Below, piece after piece: positions 10,169-18,595 of a stretch of DNA of 64,000 nt. Source of the stretch: a virus. The stretch lies in the IMG/VR virus record IMGVR_UViG_3300045988_142085, positions 1 through 64,000 of that record. The stretch is one strand, 5' to 3'. The notes beneath the pieces were generated by a model. It was not told the origin of the DNA. It made no database searches and worked only from the letters and a program-made list of their open reading frames with translations. The position numbers were made by a program, and so were the translations under genes. Each line of letters starts with the position of its first letter. Position 1 is the first letter of the stretch.

Positions 10169-10585
10169 TTATTTAATTCCGTAATATTCTAACAATTGTT
10201 TTACTGAAAAAGATGTTAATTCAATACTGTATTCTTTTAAAACATCTTTTAAAAACTGTTCATCAAATTGATCTTCTTCTTGATATTTACATGCTCTAAA
10301 AAGACAATCATCCAAGTAACTACTAAAACTTCGATGACTATCTAACCATTTTCCAATACGTTTTTGCAAAGCTTTCTTTTTCTTTGCATCAGATTTACTG
10401 TTGTGTTGCTTATAATAAAAAGCAGCAAATGCCTTTTTTACTGTTTTATATCCATAACCTTGAGCATCATCTAATATCTCTCCAGTGCGAGTATCAATCA
10501 TTACATATCTATTATCATATGGTTTTGACAGCTCATCACTTTGAACAGCTTTTAAATATTTGTTTTCTATCTTTTCTTTCATCAT
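10169..10585 (-). CDS. hypothetical protein (start trimmed to MMKEK...)
   Basis: The track ORF 10169..10645 runs upstream into a 9-bp hairpin with a T-tract (10640..10680), which looks like the nrdD terminator. The internal Met is the more likely start. Confidence 0.4.
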   Translation of the reverse strand: MMKEKIENKYLKAVQSDELSKPYDNRYVMIDTRTGEILDDAQGYGYKTVKKAFAAFYYKQHNSKSDAKKKKALQKRIGKWLDSHRSFSSYLDDCLFRACKYQEEDQFDEQFLKDVLKEYSIELTSFSVKQLLEYYGIK

Positions 10586-10866
10586 TGTTAGCATCACTTT
10601 TAACCAGTATAATAAAAAAATGATGACTGTGACAAACAAAGACATAAAAGACCTTATTTGTCACAGCCATCATTCTTAAGATAATTGTCGGCGAGAAGTA
10701 AGATCATCCAATATAATAATTATAAAAGGAACTTCTTTATGCCGACAGTTAAAATAATAATTAGGCGAAGAGTAAATCATTTTCTTCAACTTTTTATAAT
10801 TAAAAGGAACTCTTTTATGCCTAAGCTTATTATACTATCTTTAATAGTTAAATGCAACTATTAATT

Positions 10867-10956
10867 TTAAATATGGAGTACTCTAGATTGAATTTCTTTA
10901 GTCCGACCTTCGTTCCAGAAATTATCTCCTAAATAACCACCTACAATACCGCTAGT
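10867..10956 (-). CDS. nrdD: anaerobic ribonucleotide reductase NrdD, exon 3 (glycyl-radical tail); the 5' boundary is approximate
   Basis: Encodes ...(S)GIVGGYLGDNFWNEGRTKEIQSRVLHI*. GGYLG is the glycyl radical motif (compare RVCGYLG...RVKH in characterised NrdD). It lies 250 nt downstream of the apparent stop of exon 2. Confidence 0.6.
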   Translation of the reverse strand, partial: TSGIVGGYLGDNFWNEGRTKEIQSRVLHI

Positions 10957-11202
10957 TTCCTAGTACTTTAACTCTATTTAAATAGACGGTCTGGACTATA
11001 CCACACAAATAAATTGCCAGCTATGGTAGTCTCTGAGGGTTCATCTAAACGATGCTTCCCTGCGGATTACCCAATCTTTAATCTTTTTACTCTACCAAGG
11101 TAATTATTCTTGCCACTATTTTCTTTCGTTAATAGCTTAGTAATTAAAGCTCTAAGGGACTTCCCGCATATAAGCTGTTTATAGAACGCATGGTTTTGTT
11201 TA
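10957..11202 (-). ncRNA. group I intron (phage IA-like, ORF-less), nrdD intron 2; coordinates approximate
   Basis: Lies between the zinc-ribbon end of NrdD (CPKCGNQDHNTLKVIRRT) and the GYLG exon. Minus strand carries P-like AAUCCGCAGGGAAGC, R CUCAGAGACUACCAUAGC and S GGUAUAGUCCAGACC. Confidence 0.6.
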
Positions 11203-12078
11203 CGTTCTTCGAATAACTTTTAATGTATTATGATCTTGATTTCCACACTTAGGACAAATCCAATCACCATGACCATCAGGCAAAATTTCGCCGTCAAAAC
11301 CACATTTCATACAATGATCGAGCTTAGTATTAAATTCCCAATACATAGCATTATCATAAATATATTGAATAATAGTTTCTAATGCTTCAATGTTATTCGT
11401 CATATTAGGAATTTCACCATATCCAATAAATCCGCCAGTAGCGTTTTCTTGGAAAGGTGCTTCAAAATCTATTTTATCAAAGATATTAATATTTTCTCTC
11501 ACATCAATGTGGTGTGAGTTGGTATAATAACCTTTATCGGTTACATCTTTAATTTCACCGAATTGTTCTTTATCTAATTTAGCAAATCTATAACATAAAC
11601 TTTCTGCCGGAGTACTATATAAAGAATAGCCATAATTCTCTTGAGCATTCCACTCAAGACATTTGTCGGCCATATACTTAGTAATCTTTAATGCTAAATC
11701 TTGATGCTTAGTATTAGATTCACCTGTTAATAATTTAATAGTTTCATATAAGCCAATATATCCTAGGCTTAATGTTGAATAACCGCCAACCATTAAATCA
11801 TCAAGAGTATCTTCTGCATTTTTTCTTGCATAACAACCATACATCCATAGCAATGGAGATATTTTAGCTTTTACTCCAAGTAATCTTTCAGTTTTAAATT
11901 TAAGTGCTTTGTGGCACAACTCTAAACGTTCATCTAGAATTTTCCAGAATTTATCAATATCACCATCTGCTACAATTGCACATTGAGGAAGATTCAATGT
12001 TACAACACCTTTATTAAAGCGTCCATCTATAATAGGTTTATTTTCTTTATCATACCAAACTGATAAGAAACTTCTACA
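11203..12078 (-). CDS. nrdD: NrdD, exon 2
   Basis: Begins CRSFLSVWYDKENKPIIDGRFNKGVVTLNLPQCAI (compare E. coli NrdD MGCRSFL...GR.N.GVV.LNLP). Ends at the C4 zinc ribbon CMKCGF...CPKCGN. Confidence 0.8.
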
Positions 12079-12310
12079 CAACTTAATTAATTAAGCTGGA
12101 CTATCTCTTCATTTATTTTAAATAAATGCGATGCGCATCGAGTAGCACGTCTCTACTCTACTTGGCTACATTCATCACCAATAGTCTCTACACTTTCGTA
12201 ATAATACGATTAGCACGGTATTACCATTAAGGGTTCACCGTTAGCCCCGAATAAGGGACACCTGTTTTGTGATACAGTTCACATCGTTTTATATGGGCCG
12301 TTATGTGTTA
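12079..12310 (-). ncRNA. group I intron (ORF-less, 232 nt), nrdD intron 1
   Basis: Exon 1 ends ...VFGPMG (GGU) and exon 2 starts CRSFL..., which rebuilds the conserved PMGCRSFL. The 5' exon ends in U and the intron ends in G. Minus strand carries R GUAGAGACUAUUGG and S GAGAUAGUCCAGC. Confidence 0.75.
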
Positions 12311-13462
12311 ACCCATCGGGCCAAATACTTGACCATCTTTTACTTTTCGCATAATTTTAGCCGATACATAATCAGGCATCATTCGTTTAGCTGTACATTC
12401 TGCAGCAAGTTTAGTTAAATAATAATATTTACTGCCTGGCTTAGCATTATGTTCATCTAATGCATACACTAACTTAGGGAATGTTGGGCTAATCGTAACA
12501 CCGTCCGGGCCTTTCATGCCTTCAATTCTTTGACGAAGAATCTCTTCTGTAATCATAGCACATTCTTCTTCATACTCTGAACCTGGCATAAAATGCATAA
12601 ATAATGTTATAAAAGGTGACTGCCCATTAACCGTCATGAGTGTGTTTATCTGATACTGTAATGTTTGAATGCCATCTTTTAATTCTTTTTTCAACATTGT
12701 TGCAACGAGTGCATCTTTATTTTGCTCATTATTAAAAATCTCTTCATATTTTTCTTTAGATCTTCTTAAATAAGGAGCTAAAATTTCTTCAATGTTATTC
12801 GCTGTTTGCCCTCCCAGCTGGTTCGATGCAACTCCAGCGAAGAGCTGACTTAATACTGTACACGCAACTTGAAAAGATTTTGGTGATTCAATTTTCTTTT
12901 TGTTTACAACAGTTCCATTTGAAAGCATATCTTTAAAATTTGGCAATCCACAATTATGCATTTTTTGCAACTGGTAGTCCATATCATGCATATGAAGAAT
13001 ACCTTTATCATGAGCATTTACAATATCGATCGGAATTATTTTTCTTCTAGATATATCCTTAGATACTTCACCCGCAATCAAATCACGTTGAGTAGAAATA
13101 ATATATGCATCTTTATTTGAATTCTCATTAAGTGCTTCTTTATTAGTTGCATCAATTAATGTAAGTATGTCATCATCTGATGTATTATTTACTCGTTGAT
13201 ACTCACGTACTGCTCGATATGCTTCATAAGCACGAGCCACATCTTTTTGTTTATGTTTAACGAGGAGATCGAATACCATCTTTTCGATACGTTTAATATC
13301 CAGTTCCTGAAGCATAAGAGCTTCTTGTGTTATTTCTTCGGCAATAGCATTAGCTATTTTTTCATTATCTTTAAGTAAAGAATGTTGTGCCTTACCTATA
13401 GCTACAACGATCTTAGATTTGTCGAAATCGACCTTGCGGCCGTCTCTCTTAATTACGATCAT
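12311..13462 (-). CDS. nrdD: NrdD, exon 1 (ATP-cone and N-terminal barrel)
   Basis: Starts MIVIKRDGRKVDFDKSKIVVAI (ATP-cone); long ORF ending ...DGQVFGPMG. Confidence 0.85.
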
Positions 13463-13465
13463 TAA

Positions 13466-13882
13466 TTAATCAACCTCATTCTTAATTAATAGTTCGAAAC
13501 CTTCGACGATAACAGAACGAGATCCTGTAGCAAATTCGATCGAGTATGCGTCTTCTACGGTATCGGTAATATCGATTACCTTCCAACCTTTATCGTATGT
13601 ATTGAAACGAATAATATCGTTAACTTGTATATCGGTTTTTTCTGTATTCTCGGTCATCCAACTGACGTTAGGAGTAACCGTAACGATTCTTGTGTCTTCA
13701 GCATATAAATGCTTTAACATATAAACCTTTAAAGGTTGTTGCCCTTCGTATTTAAAACGTACATACTGTAGATTTCCGTTTGCATTAGGAATAAGCTCGT
13801 CCATACCTTCGATAAAGGTTCCGATCATCCTAGTGTCATTAGGTAGAGATATCCGGTTATCTCCGCCAAATAATACTTTCAT
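13466..13882 (-). CDS. hypothetical protein
   Basis: 138-aa ORF, with stop and start nearly coupled to nrdD. Confidence 0.45.
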   Translation of the reverse strand: MKVLFGGDNRISLPNDTRMIGTFIEGMDELIPNANGNLQYVRFKYEGQQPLKVYMLKHLYAEDTRIVTVTPNVSWMTENTEKTDIQVNDIIRFNTYDKGWKVIDITDTVEDAYSIEFATGSRSVIVEGFELLIKNEVD

Positions 13883-14143
13883 ATTACTAATCCTTTCTTG
13901 TTAATCGCGATATATAAAAGAAAGTGTTCTATGCAATAGAGCAGAATATATATTACGCACAATATACTACATCTTGTATTTAATAAAACATAGAACTACC
14001 AAATCTATTATACCAAATCTGTATAACACAAACAAATGATTCTATGGTATAGAAATCTCTTCATATATTTTACATGTGCCGAAAAATAAGATATAATAGT
14101 AATAGTTAATTATACTTATTTGATATGAGGTATTTTAAATAAT

Positions 14144-15322
14144 ATGGCAAATATAAACTATGAATCATTGTTCGCGGCAGAGCCAAACGAAGATTTAGTT
14201 TCTTGGTTATATCGCATGTATCTTGCTAAGCAAGAAAACAATAAATTAACAGTAAAAAGAATTAGTGGATTGGCTAAGACTTTTTTTGAAATAGATCTTG
14301 ATGTTACAACGATTAATAGTTACTTCAACGATTTTAAGAAAAATCTTACACCGGCATCTACCGACGAAAAATTAACGTCGGCAGCTGTAGATATGCTTCT
14401 TAACGCTCATGCTAAAAACGTGAATAGTAAAAACCGATCTGAACTTAATAAACACTTAAAATCGATTAGTGATCAATTCTTGTTAAAAGAATTAATCGTC
14501 GAGGCAATTTCCAAAATTGAACCTCTTAAATACGAATTTAAAGATCTCCAAAGCGGCGAGTCTGAAGCTGTACTATTATTAAGTGATTGGCATCGTGGAC
14601 AAGTAAGCGATAATTTCTTTAATAAATTCAATAATGAAATCTTCGACGAACGTGTCGAAAAATTAATGAATAAAACAAGAGAATATTGCTTACTAAATAA
14701 TATTAAAACTATTCACATTTTAACGTTAGGCGATATGATTAACGGCGGTATTCATGTACAAACACGAATCGAATCTCAAGAAAATCTTATCGAACAAACT
14801 ATCGGTGTAACAGAAGCACTAAGTCATTTATTTAACAATCTTAGCCAAGAATTTAATTTAGAATTATATTTCTGCCGCGGCAATCACGATCGTGTCACTC
14901 CTTCTAAAGAAGAAGCTATGAACGGTGAATCGTTTAGTGATATCATTCCTTGGTTCTTAAAAGAACGATTAAAAGGGAACAATCGTATTCACTTTAACGA
15001 AAACACTGTCGACGATGAAATTATCACGGCCGAGGTTTGTGGACAACGTATTGTCGGTGTCCATGGTCATAAAGATAATTTTAATAAAGCTATCGATAAC
15101 CTAGCATTATTTACGAAACAGATACCAGACTATATCGTAATGGGTCATTTCCATCATTCAAGAGAAGCTGACCTTAAAGGCGTCGAAATGATCATTAATC
15201 CATCGCTTTGCGGTAGTGATCGTTATGCAGTAGACGGACGTAAATTTTCTAAAGCCGGTCAAAAGCTTTTAATGTTAAATAAAGAAGATGGTCGATATGC
15301 CACTTACTTTATTAGTTTTTAA
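14144..15322 (+). CDS. calcineurin-like metallophosphoesterase with a 150-aa N-terminal extension
   Basis: This is the only substantial plus-strand gene. Motifs LSDWHRG (DxH), LGDMINGG (GD), CRGNHD (GNHD/E), GHFHH (GHxH). Upstream -10 TATAAT at about 14088 and RBS GAGGT. Confidence 0.65.
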   Translation: MANINYESLFAAEPNEDLVSWLYRMYLAKQENNKLTVKRISGLAKTFFEIDLDVTTINSYFNDFKKNLTPASTDEKLTSAAVDMLLNAHAKNVNSKNRSELNKHLKSISDQFLLKELIVEAISKIEPLKYEFKDLQSGESEAVLLLSDWHRGQVSDNFFNKFNNEIFDERVEKLMNKTREYCLLNNIKTIHILTLGDMINGGIHVQTRIESQENLIEQTIGVTEALSHLFNNLSQEFNLELYFCRGNHDRVTPSKEEAMNGESFSDIIPWFLKERLKGNNRIHFNENTVDDEIITAEVCGQRIVGVHGHKDNFNKAIDNLALFTKQIPDYIVMGHFHHSREADLKGVEMIINPSLCGSDRYAVDGRKFSKAGQKLLMLNKEDGRYATYFISF

Positions 15323-15397
15323 ACACCCGATAAAAATAAGTTATCATAGAGATTATAAATACTAAAAAGAAAAAATCGGCTATGCCTTTCATATTAT

Positions 15398-15441
15398 TTT
15401 CTCCAATCAAAAAAGCTTCCTATTTTTTAGGAAGCTTAATT
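15398..15441. terminator. bidirectional intrinsic terminator between convergent genes
   Basis: AAGCTTCCT-ATTTTTT-AGGAAGCTT hairpin, flanked by A-runs and T-runs on both strands. Confidence 0.55.
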
Positions 15442-15740
15442 TTTTTTACAATTTTTTCTAACGTATCAGGATTATTATTTAAACCAAATATAGTATCGAT
15501 ACCAAATATTTCTATCACGTATGATGCAGCGCCTATAACAATAACAAGGAACGCAATCGATAATAATATAGCTGATATTAAAGCAATCGGCATCAATAAT
15601 ATACTGAAAAACGAATTAAATAATTCAAAGAATTGACCGAGAATCCCGAATCCTAATGTTAAAAATAAATACAAATAAAAACAAAATTGTTTAGTCTTCT
15701 TTGTCATATCCAGAACCTGTGCTGTTGTGCAAACTAACAA
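15420..15740 (-). CDS. small hydrophobic membrane protein
   Basis: 106-aa ORF, mostly transmembrane-like segments. A second short membrane ORF sits at about 15890..16035. Confidence 0.35.
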   Translation of the reverse strand: MLVCTTAQVLDMTKKTKQFCFYLYLFLTLGFGILGQFFELFNSFFSILLMPIALISAILLSIAFLVIVIGAASYVIEIFGIDTIFGLNNNPDTLEKIVKKIKLPKK

Positions 15741-16080
15741 TCAGACAACAGATCATAACTGAAAAGAATAAAATTATTAAACTCATTAAAACTGCTGAAA
15801 TAACCAATTTGCTATCACCTTTAATATTAAAATAACGATACTTATATATTACTTTTTATCTTAGAAGCTCAGATATAAGAATTGAAAGAAAACTAACACA
15901 AAATAGTACAATAAAAATTCTATGTTGACGATTTTCAGATTCTTTAAGACTAAATAATCCTTGAAGACCGCCATAAATAACTGTTATTGCACACATAAAT
16001 AAACCGATATCAAATAGAATTTCAGATAACATAAAACACTCCTTATTTAAAATTCAATACTAAATTTATTTTTTATTATC

Positions 16081-16302
16081 TTATTTTTTAAACGAAAAGA
16101 ATATAACCATCTTACATGCTTTTACGTGATTTAAATGTCTAAATTTATGAATCTTCTGTGGATTAATACCACTTGCCGTTTTGTATACAATAGTTTTACC
16201 GTTTAATTCTCCCGAAACACGAGGAACGACATGTTCTATCGCATATTCAGAACAGCATCGATACATCTTATGACTATTTTTTCTTCTTAGCTTTCGTATC
16301 AT
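16081..16302 (-). CDS. hypothetical small basic protein
   Basis: 73-aa ORF. Confidence 0.3.
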   Translation of the reverse strand: MIRKLRRKNSHKMYRCCSEYAIEHVVPRVSGELNGKTIVYKTASGINPQKIHKFRHLNHVKACKMVIFFSFKK

Positions 16303-16304
16303 AA

Positions 16305-16709
16305 TCAGTTATCCTCAAAAACTTCTTCAAAAATTTTCTTTAATTCTTCTGCTGAAATATTTTTTAATCTTTCTTTGAATCTTGCTTTGTAAAGATCGAT
16401 CATGTCGTCATGTTCAGATTTTGCTTCTTCCATGGCCTCTTCATAACCATCGTCATGCCCTTGATCGTATCCATCGTCATAAGAAACATCAGGATATCTT
16501 TTTTCTTCGACATTATTTTCTAGCCACAAAGCAAGTTCTTCCTTATTATCTTCATTTCTTAGATCATAAATAATATCTTCGAGTGAAGTATTATTTGTAA
16601 GATTTCTCATAACATTATCTCCTTTTAAATATAAAATACGCAGCACTAAAAAAAATGTATAATGTATAAGCAGTTTTATATATGCAGATAGGTTACTTTT
16701 AATGCTCAC
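16305..16709 (-). CDS. hypothetical acidic protein
   Basis: 134-aa ORF with a Glu/Asp-rich C-terminus. Confidence 0.4.
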   Translation of the reverse strand: MSIKSNLSAYIKLLIHYTFFLVLRILYLKGDNVMRNLTNNTSLEDIIYDLRNEDNKEELALWLENNVEEKRYPDVSYDDGYDQGHDDGYEEAMEEAKSEHDDMIDLYKARFKERLKNISAEELKKIFEEVFEDN

Positions 16710-16862
16710 CTTTCTGTAATCAAATAAAACTAAATAGTGCTGCGTATTATAAAAATATCTTATTGCAATATATGTTTTATGCTTTGGGGAAACATTTTAA
16801 TATAATGCAGTAAGACATAATGGTGCTCCCACCTGGGATCAAACCAGGGACCCTCCGGTTAT

Positions 16863-17795
16863 CTTACTACTATAATTTTCATTACCATTAAAATAAATGT
16901 TTGTAGTCTGGACTATATCTTCACCATTTCAGGTGTCCACGTGTAGTCTCTACGGAGTCTCTTTTTACAAGAGTTCCCTCGGTATTAGCATATGTTACCA
17001 CTTAGCCTTCACCGATACAGTGGATTACTTACATAGAGTTTCTAATTCCTCTTTACGTAGCTCAATATCCCTTTTTCTAAAAGGTAAACCATAATATTTA
17101 CACCATTTTCTTACTGCATTATCTGAAACATTATATTTTCTACCTATTTCAAGAAAAGAAGTAGTTAATATTAGTCCAGCCAAAGTTTTTTTGTCTGGAC
17201 GAGAAACTTTTCTTAATTTTAAATTTGGCGTATATTTGCGTTTATTAATAATTCCTTTTTTCTTGTTACATTTTTTACAATATACAGATTTGGAATTGTG
17301 ATTCATTTTTTTGCCACAACATTTACACCTTGGTTTAATAGTTTTTCCATAAAATTTAGCAGATTTTATTTGATTTTCAGAATGAGTAAGTAATTCCAAA
17401 TTTTCTAAAGAATTATTATCTTTATTATGATCTATATGATTAATTTCCATACTAGACGGGATAACACCAACAAAAGTCCTATACACCAAACGATGTACGT
17501 ATAAATGTTTTCCTGATATTTTTACTGCATTATATCCAACATTATTTTTATAAATCTTCATTTTTCTAAAAATCATATTGTTTTTAATGCAAAAAATATT
17601 TTCATCTAACTCTTTTTCTGGCTTGCCATATTTATGAGAACGATGATACATTGTATTATTAATAATAATATAATAATCTGGATTGCATTTTTTTAATACG
17701 CTATCTCCAGATTTATTAATATAATACAATGGAGAAAATTCTATTTGTTTGTAATCATTCATGAAACCTCACATATAAATATATGAGTAAGATTT
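16863..17795 (-). mobile_element. group I intron carrying an HNH homing endonuclease ORF
   Basis: Core lies downstream of the ORF: R CGUAGAGACUACACG and S AAGAUAUAGUCCAGAC, then a P9-like hairpin, ending ...GUAG UAAG directly before the tRNA 3' half. The ORF starts 35 nt after the 5' splice site and has its own SD (GAGG). Confidence 0.65.
17025..17762 (-). CDS. intron-encoded HNH homing endonuclease with a C-terminal HTH
   Basis: HLYVHRLVYRTFVGVIPSSMEINHIDHNKDNNSLENLELLTHSEN (HNH_3/NUMOD-type); zinc ribbon CKCCGKK...CKKC; C-terminal helix-turn-helix. Confidence 0.8.
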   Translation of the reverse strand: MNDYKQIEFSPLYYINKSGDSVLKKCNPDYYIIINNTMYHRSHKYGKPEKELDENIFCIKNNMIFRKMKIYKNNVGYNAVKISGKHLYVHRLVYRTFVGVIPSSMEINHIDHNKDNNSLENLELLTHSENQIKSAKFYGKTIKPRCKCCGKKMNHNSKSVYCKKCNKKKGIINKRKYTPNLKLRKVSRPDKKTLAGLILTTSFLEIGRKYNVSDNAVRKWCKYYGLPFRKRDIELRKEELETLCK

Positions 17796-17883
17796 GAGCC
17801 GGTCGCTCTATCTCTGAGCTATAGGAGCATATAAAAACGGCACATAGAATTTAATATAACTCTATATGCCGTAGATTAAAATA

Positions 17884-17971
17884 TGGAGGAGAAGGTGAGA
17901 TTCGAACTCACGGTACGTTTCCGCACGACAGTTTTCAAGACTGTAGCCTTAATCCTCTCGGCCACTTCTCC
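17884..17971 (-). tRNA. tRNA-Ser (anticodon UGA), type II with a long variable arm
   Basis: GGAGAAGTGGCCGAGAGGATTAAGGCTACAGTCTTGAAAACTGTCGTGCGGAAACGTACCGTGAGTTCGAATCTCACCTTCTCCTCCA: acceptor, D arm, anticodon loop CTTGAAA, long extra arm, T arm, CCA. Confidence 0.8.
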
Positions 17972-17973
17972 AT

Positions 17974-18037
17974 GGTCGCAGAGAATGGAGTCAAACCATT
18001 TTAGTATGGGCGCATTTCCATACTATTTTACTCTGCA
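17974..18037 (-). ncRNA. aberrant tRNA-like element: acceptor stem plus T arm, no D arm, and an 8-bp stem with an 8-nt loop in place of the anticodon arm
   Basis: TGCAGAG-TAAAA-TAGTATGG-AAATGCGC-CCATACTA-A-AATGG-TTTGACT-CCATT-CTCTGCG-A-CCA. The T loop has U instead of the conserved C56, which fits the loss of the D loop. It sits 1 nt upstream of tRNA-Ser. Confidence 0.35.
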
Positions 18038-18171
18038 ATGATGGGAGCGGGCATTTTACATTATATCAAAATAATGTTTTATGAAGTTTTTAATATGTCT
18101 CAAAAACTTTCAAAGGAGTAAATGTTAAATCCTATACTAGCTGGCTTAAAGCATCGCTAATTAATTAATAA

Positions 18172-18249
18172 TGGGAGCGGGAATGGGATTTGAACCCATA
18201 CTAGACGAGCTTATGAGACTCGTGTCTCTGCCATTTGGACTATCCCGCT
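18172..18249 (-). tRNA. tRNA-Met/fMet/Ile2 (anticodon CAU), uninterrupted
   Basis: AGCGGGATAGTCCAAATGGCAGAGACACGAGTCTCATAAGCTCGTCTAGTATGGGTTCAAATCCCATTCCCGCTCCCA: acceptor AGCGGGA/TCCCGCT, anticodon stem CGAGT/GCTCG, loop CTCATAA, T loop TTCAAAT. Confidence 0.7.
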
Positions 18250-18439
18250 AAGGAGCTGCGTATGCAGACCACAAGACAATTTATATAAGGAGAAAGGAGT
18301 TTATTATGAAACTTTAGTTTATTTATGTTAGAAAGGGAGGCAAACTAAACAGAAGACATGGGGGAGTGTCAATTTTCATATTTAGGAGGTTTGTCTTGTT
18401 TACGCACGATCTACATACGCATTTGTAGAGGAGGAAAAG

Positions 18440-18582
18440 TATGATAGGCACCTTGAAGACAGGGTTCCTTCATAGGTGCCATGGAAGTCCCTGAACACGG
18501 GGGGACGTTCAGGGATACTCCTATTGTATTCAAGGGGAAAGGCATCTTGAATACAATTATATTATACAGTAATTATTTAAAT
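18440..18582. promoter_or_regulatory. cluster of three consecutive G+C-rich hairpins (terminators or a small structured RNA) between the lysin gene and the tRNA cluster
   Basis: AGGCACC...GGTGCCA; TCCCTGAAC-ACGGGGGGACG-TTCAGGGA; ATTGTATTCAAG-GGGAAAGGCATC-TTGAATACAAT. Local GC is far above the genome background. Confidence 0.4.
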
Positions 18583-18595
18583 AATGCAAGTATTA

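Larger units (their letters stand above)
16821..17828 (-). tRNA. tRNA-Met/Ile2 (anticodon CAU) split by a 933-nt group I intron in the anticodon loop; exon 1 is 17796..17828 and exon 2 is 16821..16862 (CCA encoded)
   Basis: 5' half GCTCCTATAGCTCAGAGATAGAGCGACCGGCTC and 3' half ATAACCGGAGGGTCCCTGGTTTGATCCCAGGTGGGAGCACCA. The halves reconstitute a 7-bp acceptor stem, D arm, anticodon loop CTCATAA and T arm (TTTGATC). Confidence 0.65.

Noticed and set aside
12082-12307. The nrdD exon 1 to exon 2 gap as an authentic split into two subunits (as in some archaeal class III RNRs)
   Set aside because: The junction falls inside the universally contiguous PMGCRSFL motif. The gap has a group I core and U/G splice-site signatures, and exon 2 has no start codon or RBS.
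18041-18051. A third tRNA ending at the second GGGAGCGGG acceptor-like sequence
   Set aside because: The upstream sequence has no T arm or other cloverleaf elements. It is only an 11-nt duplicate of the tRNA-Met 3' end, likely a recombination scar.
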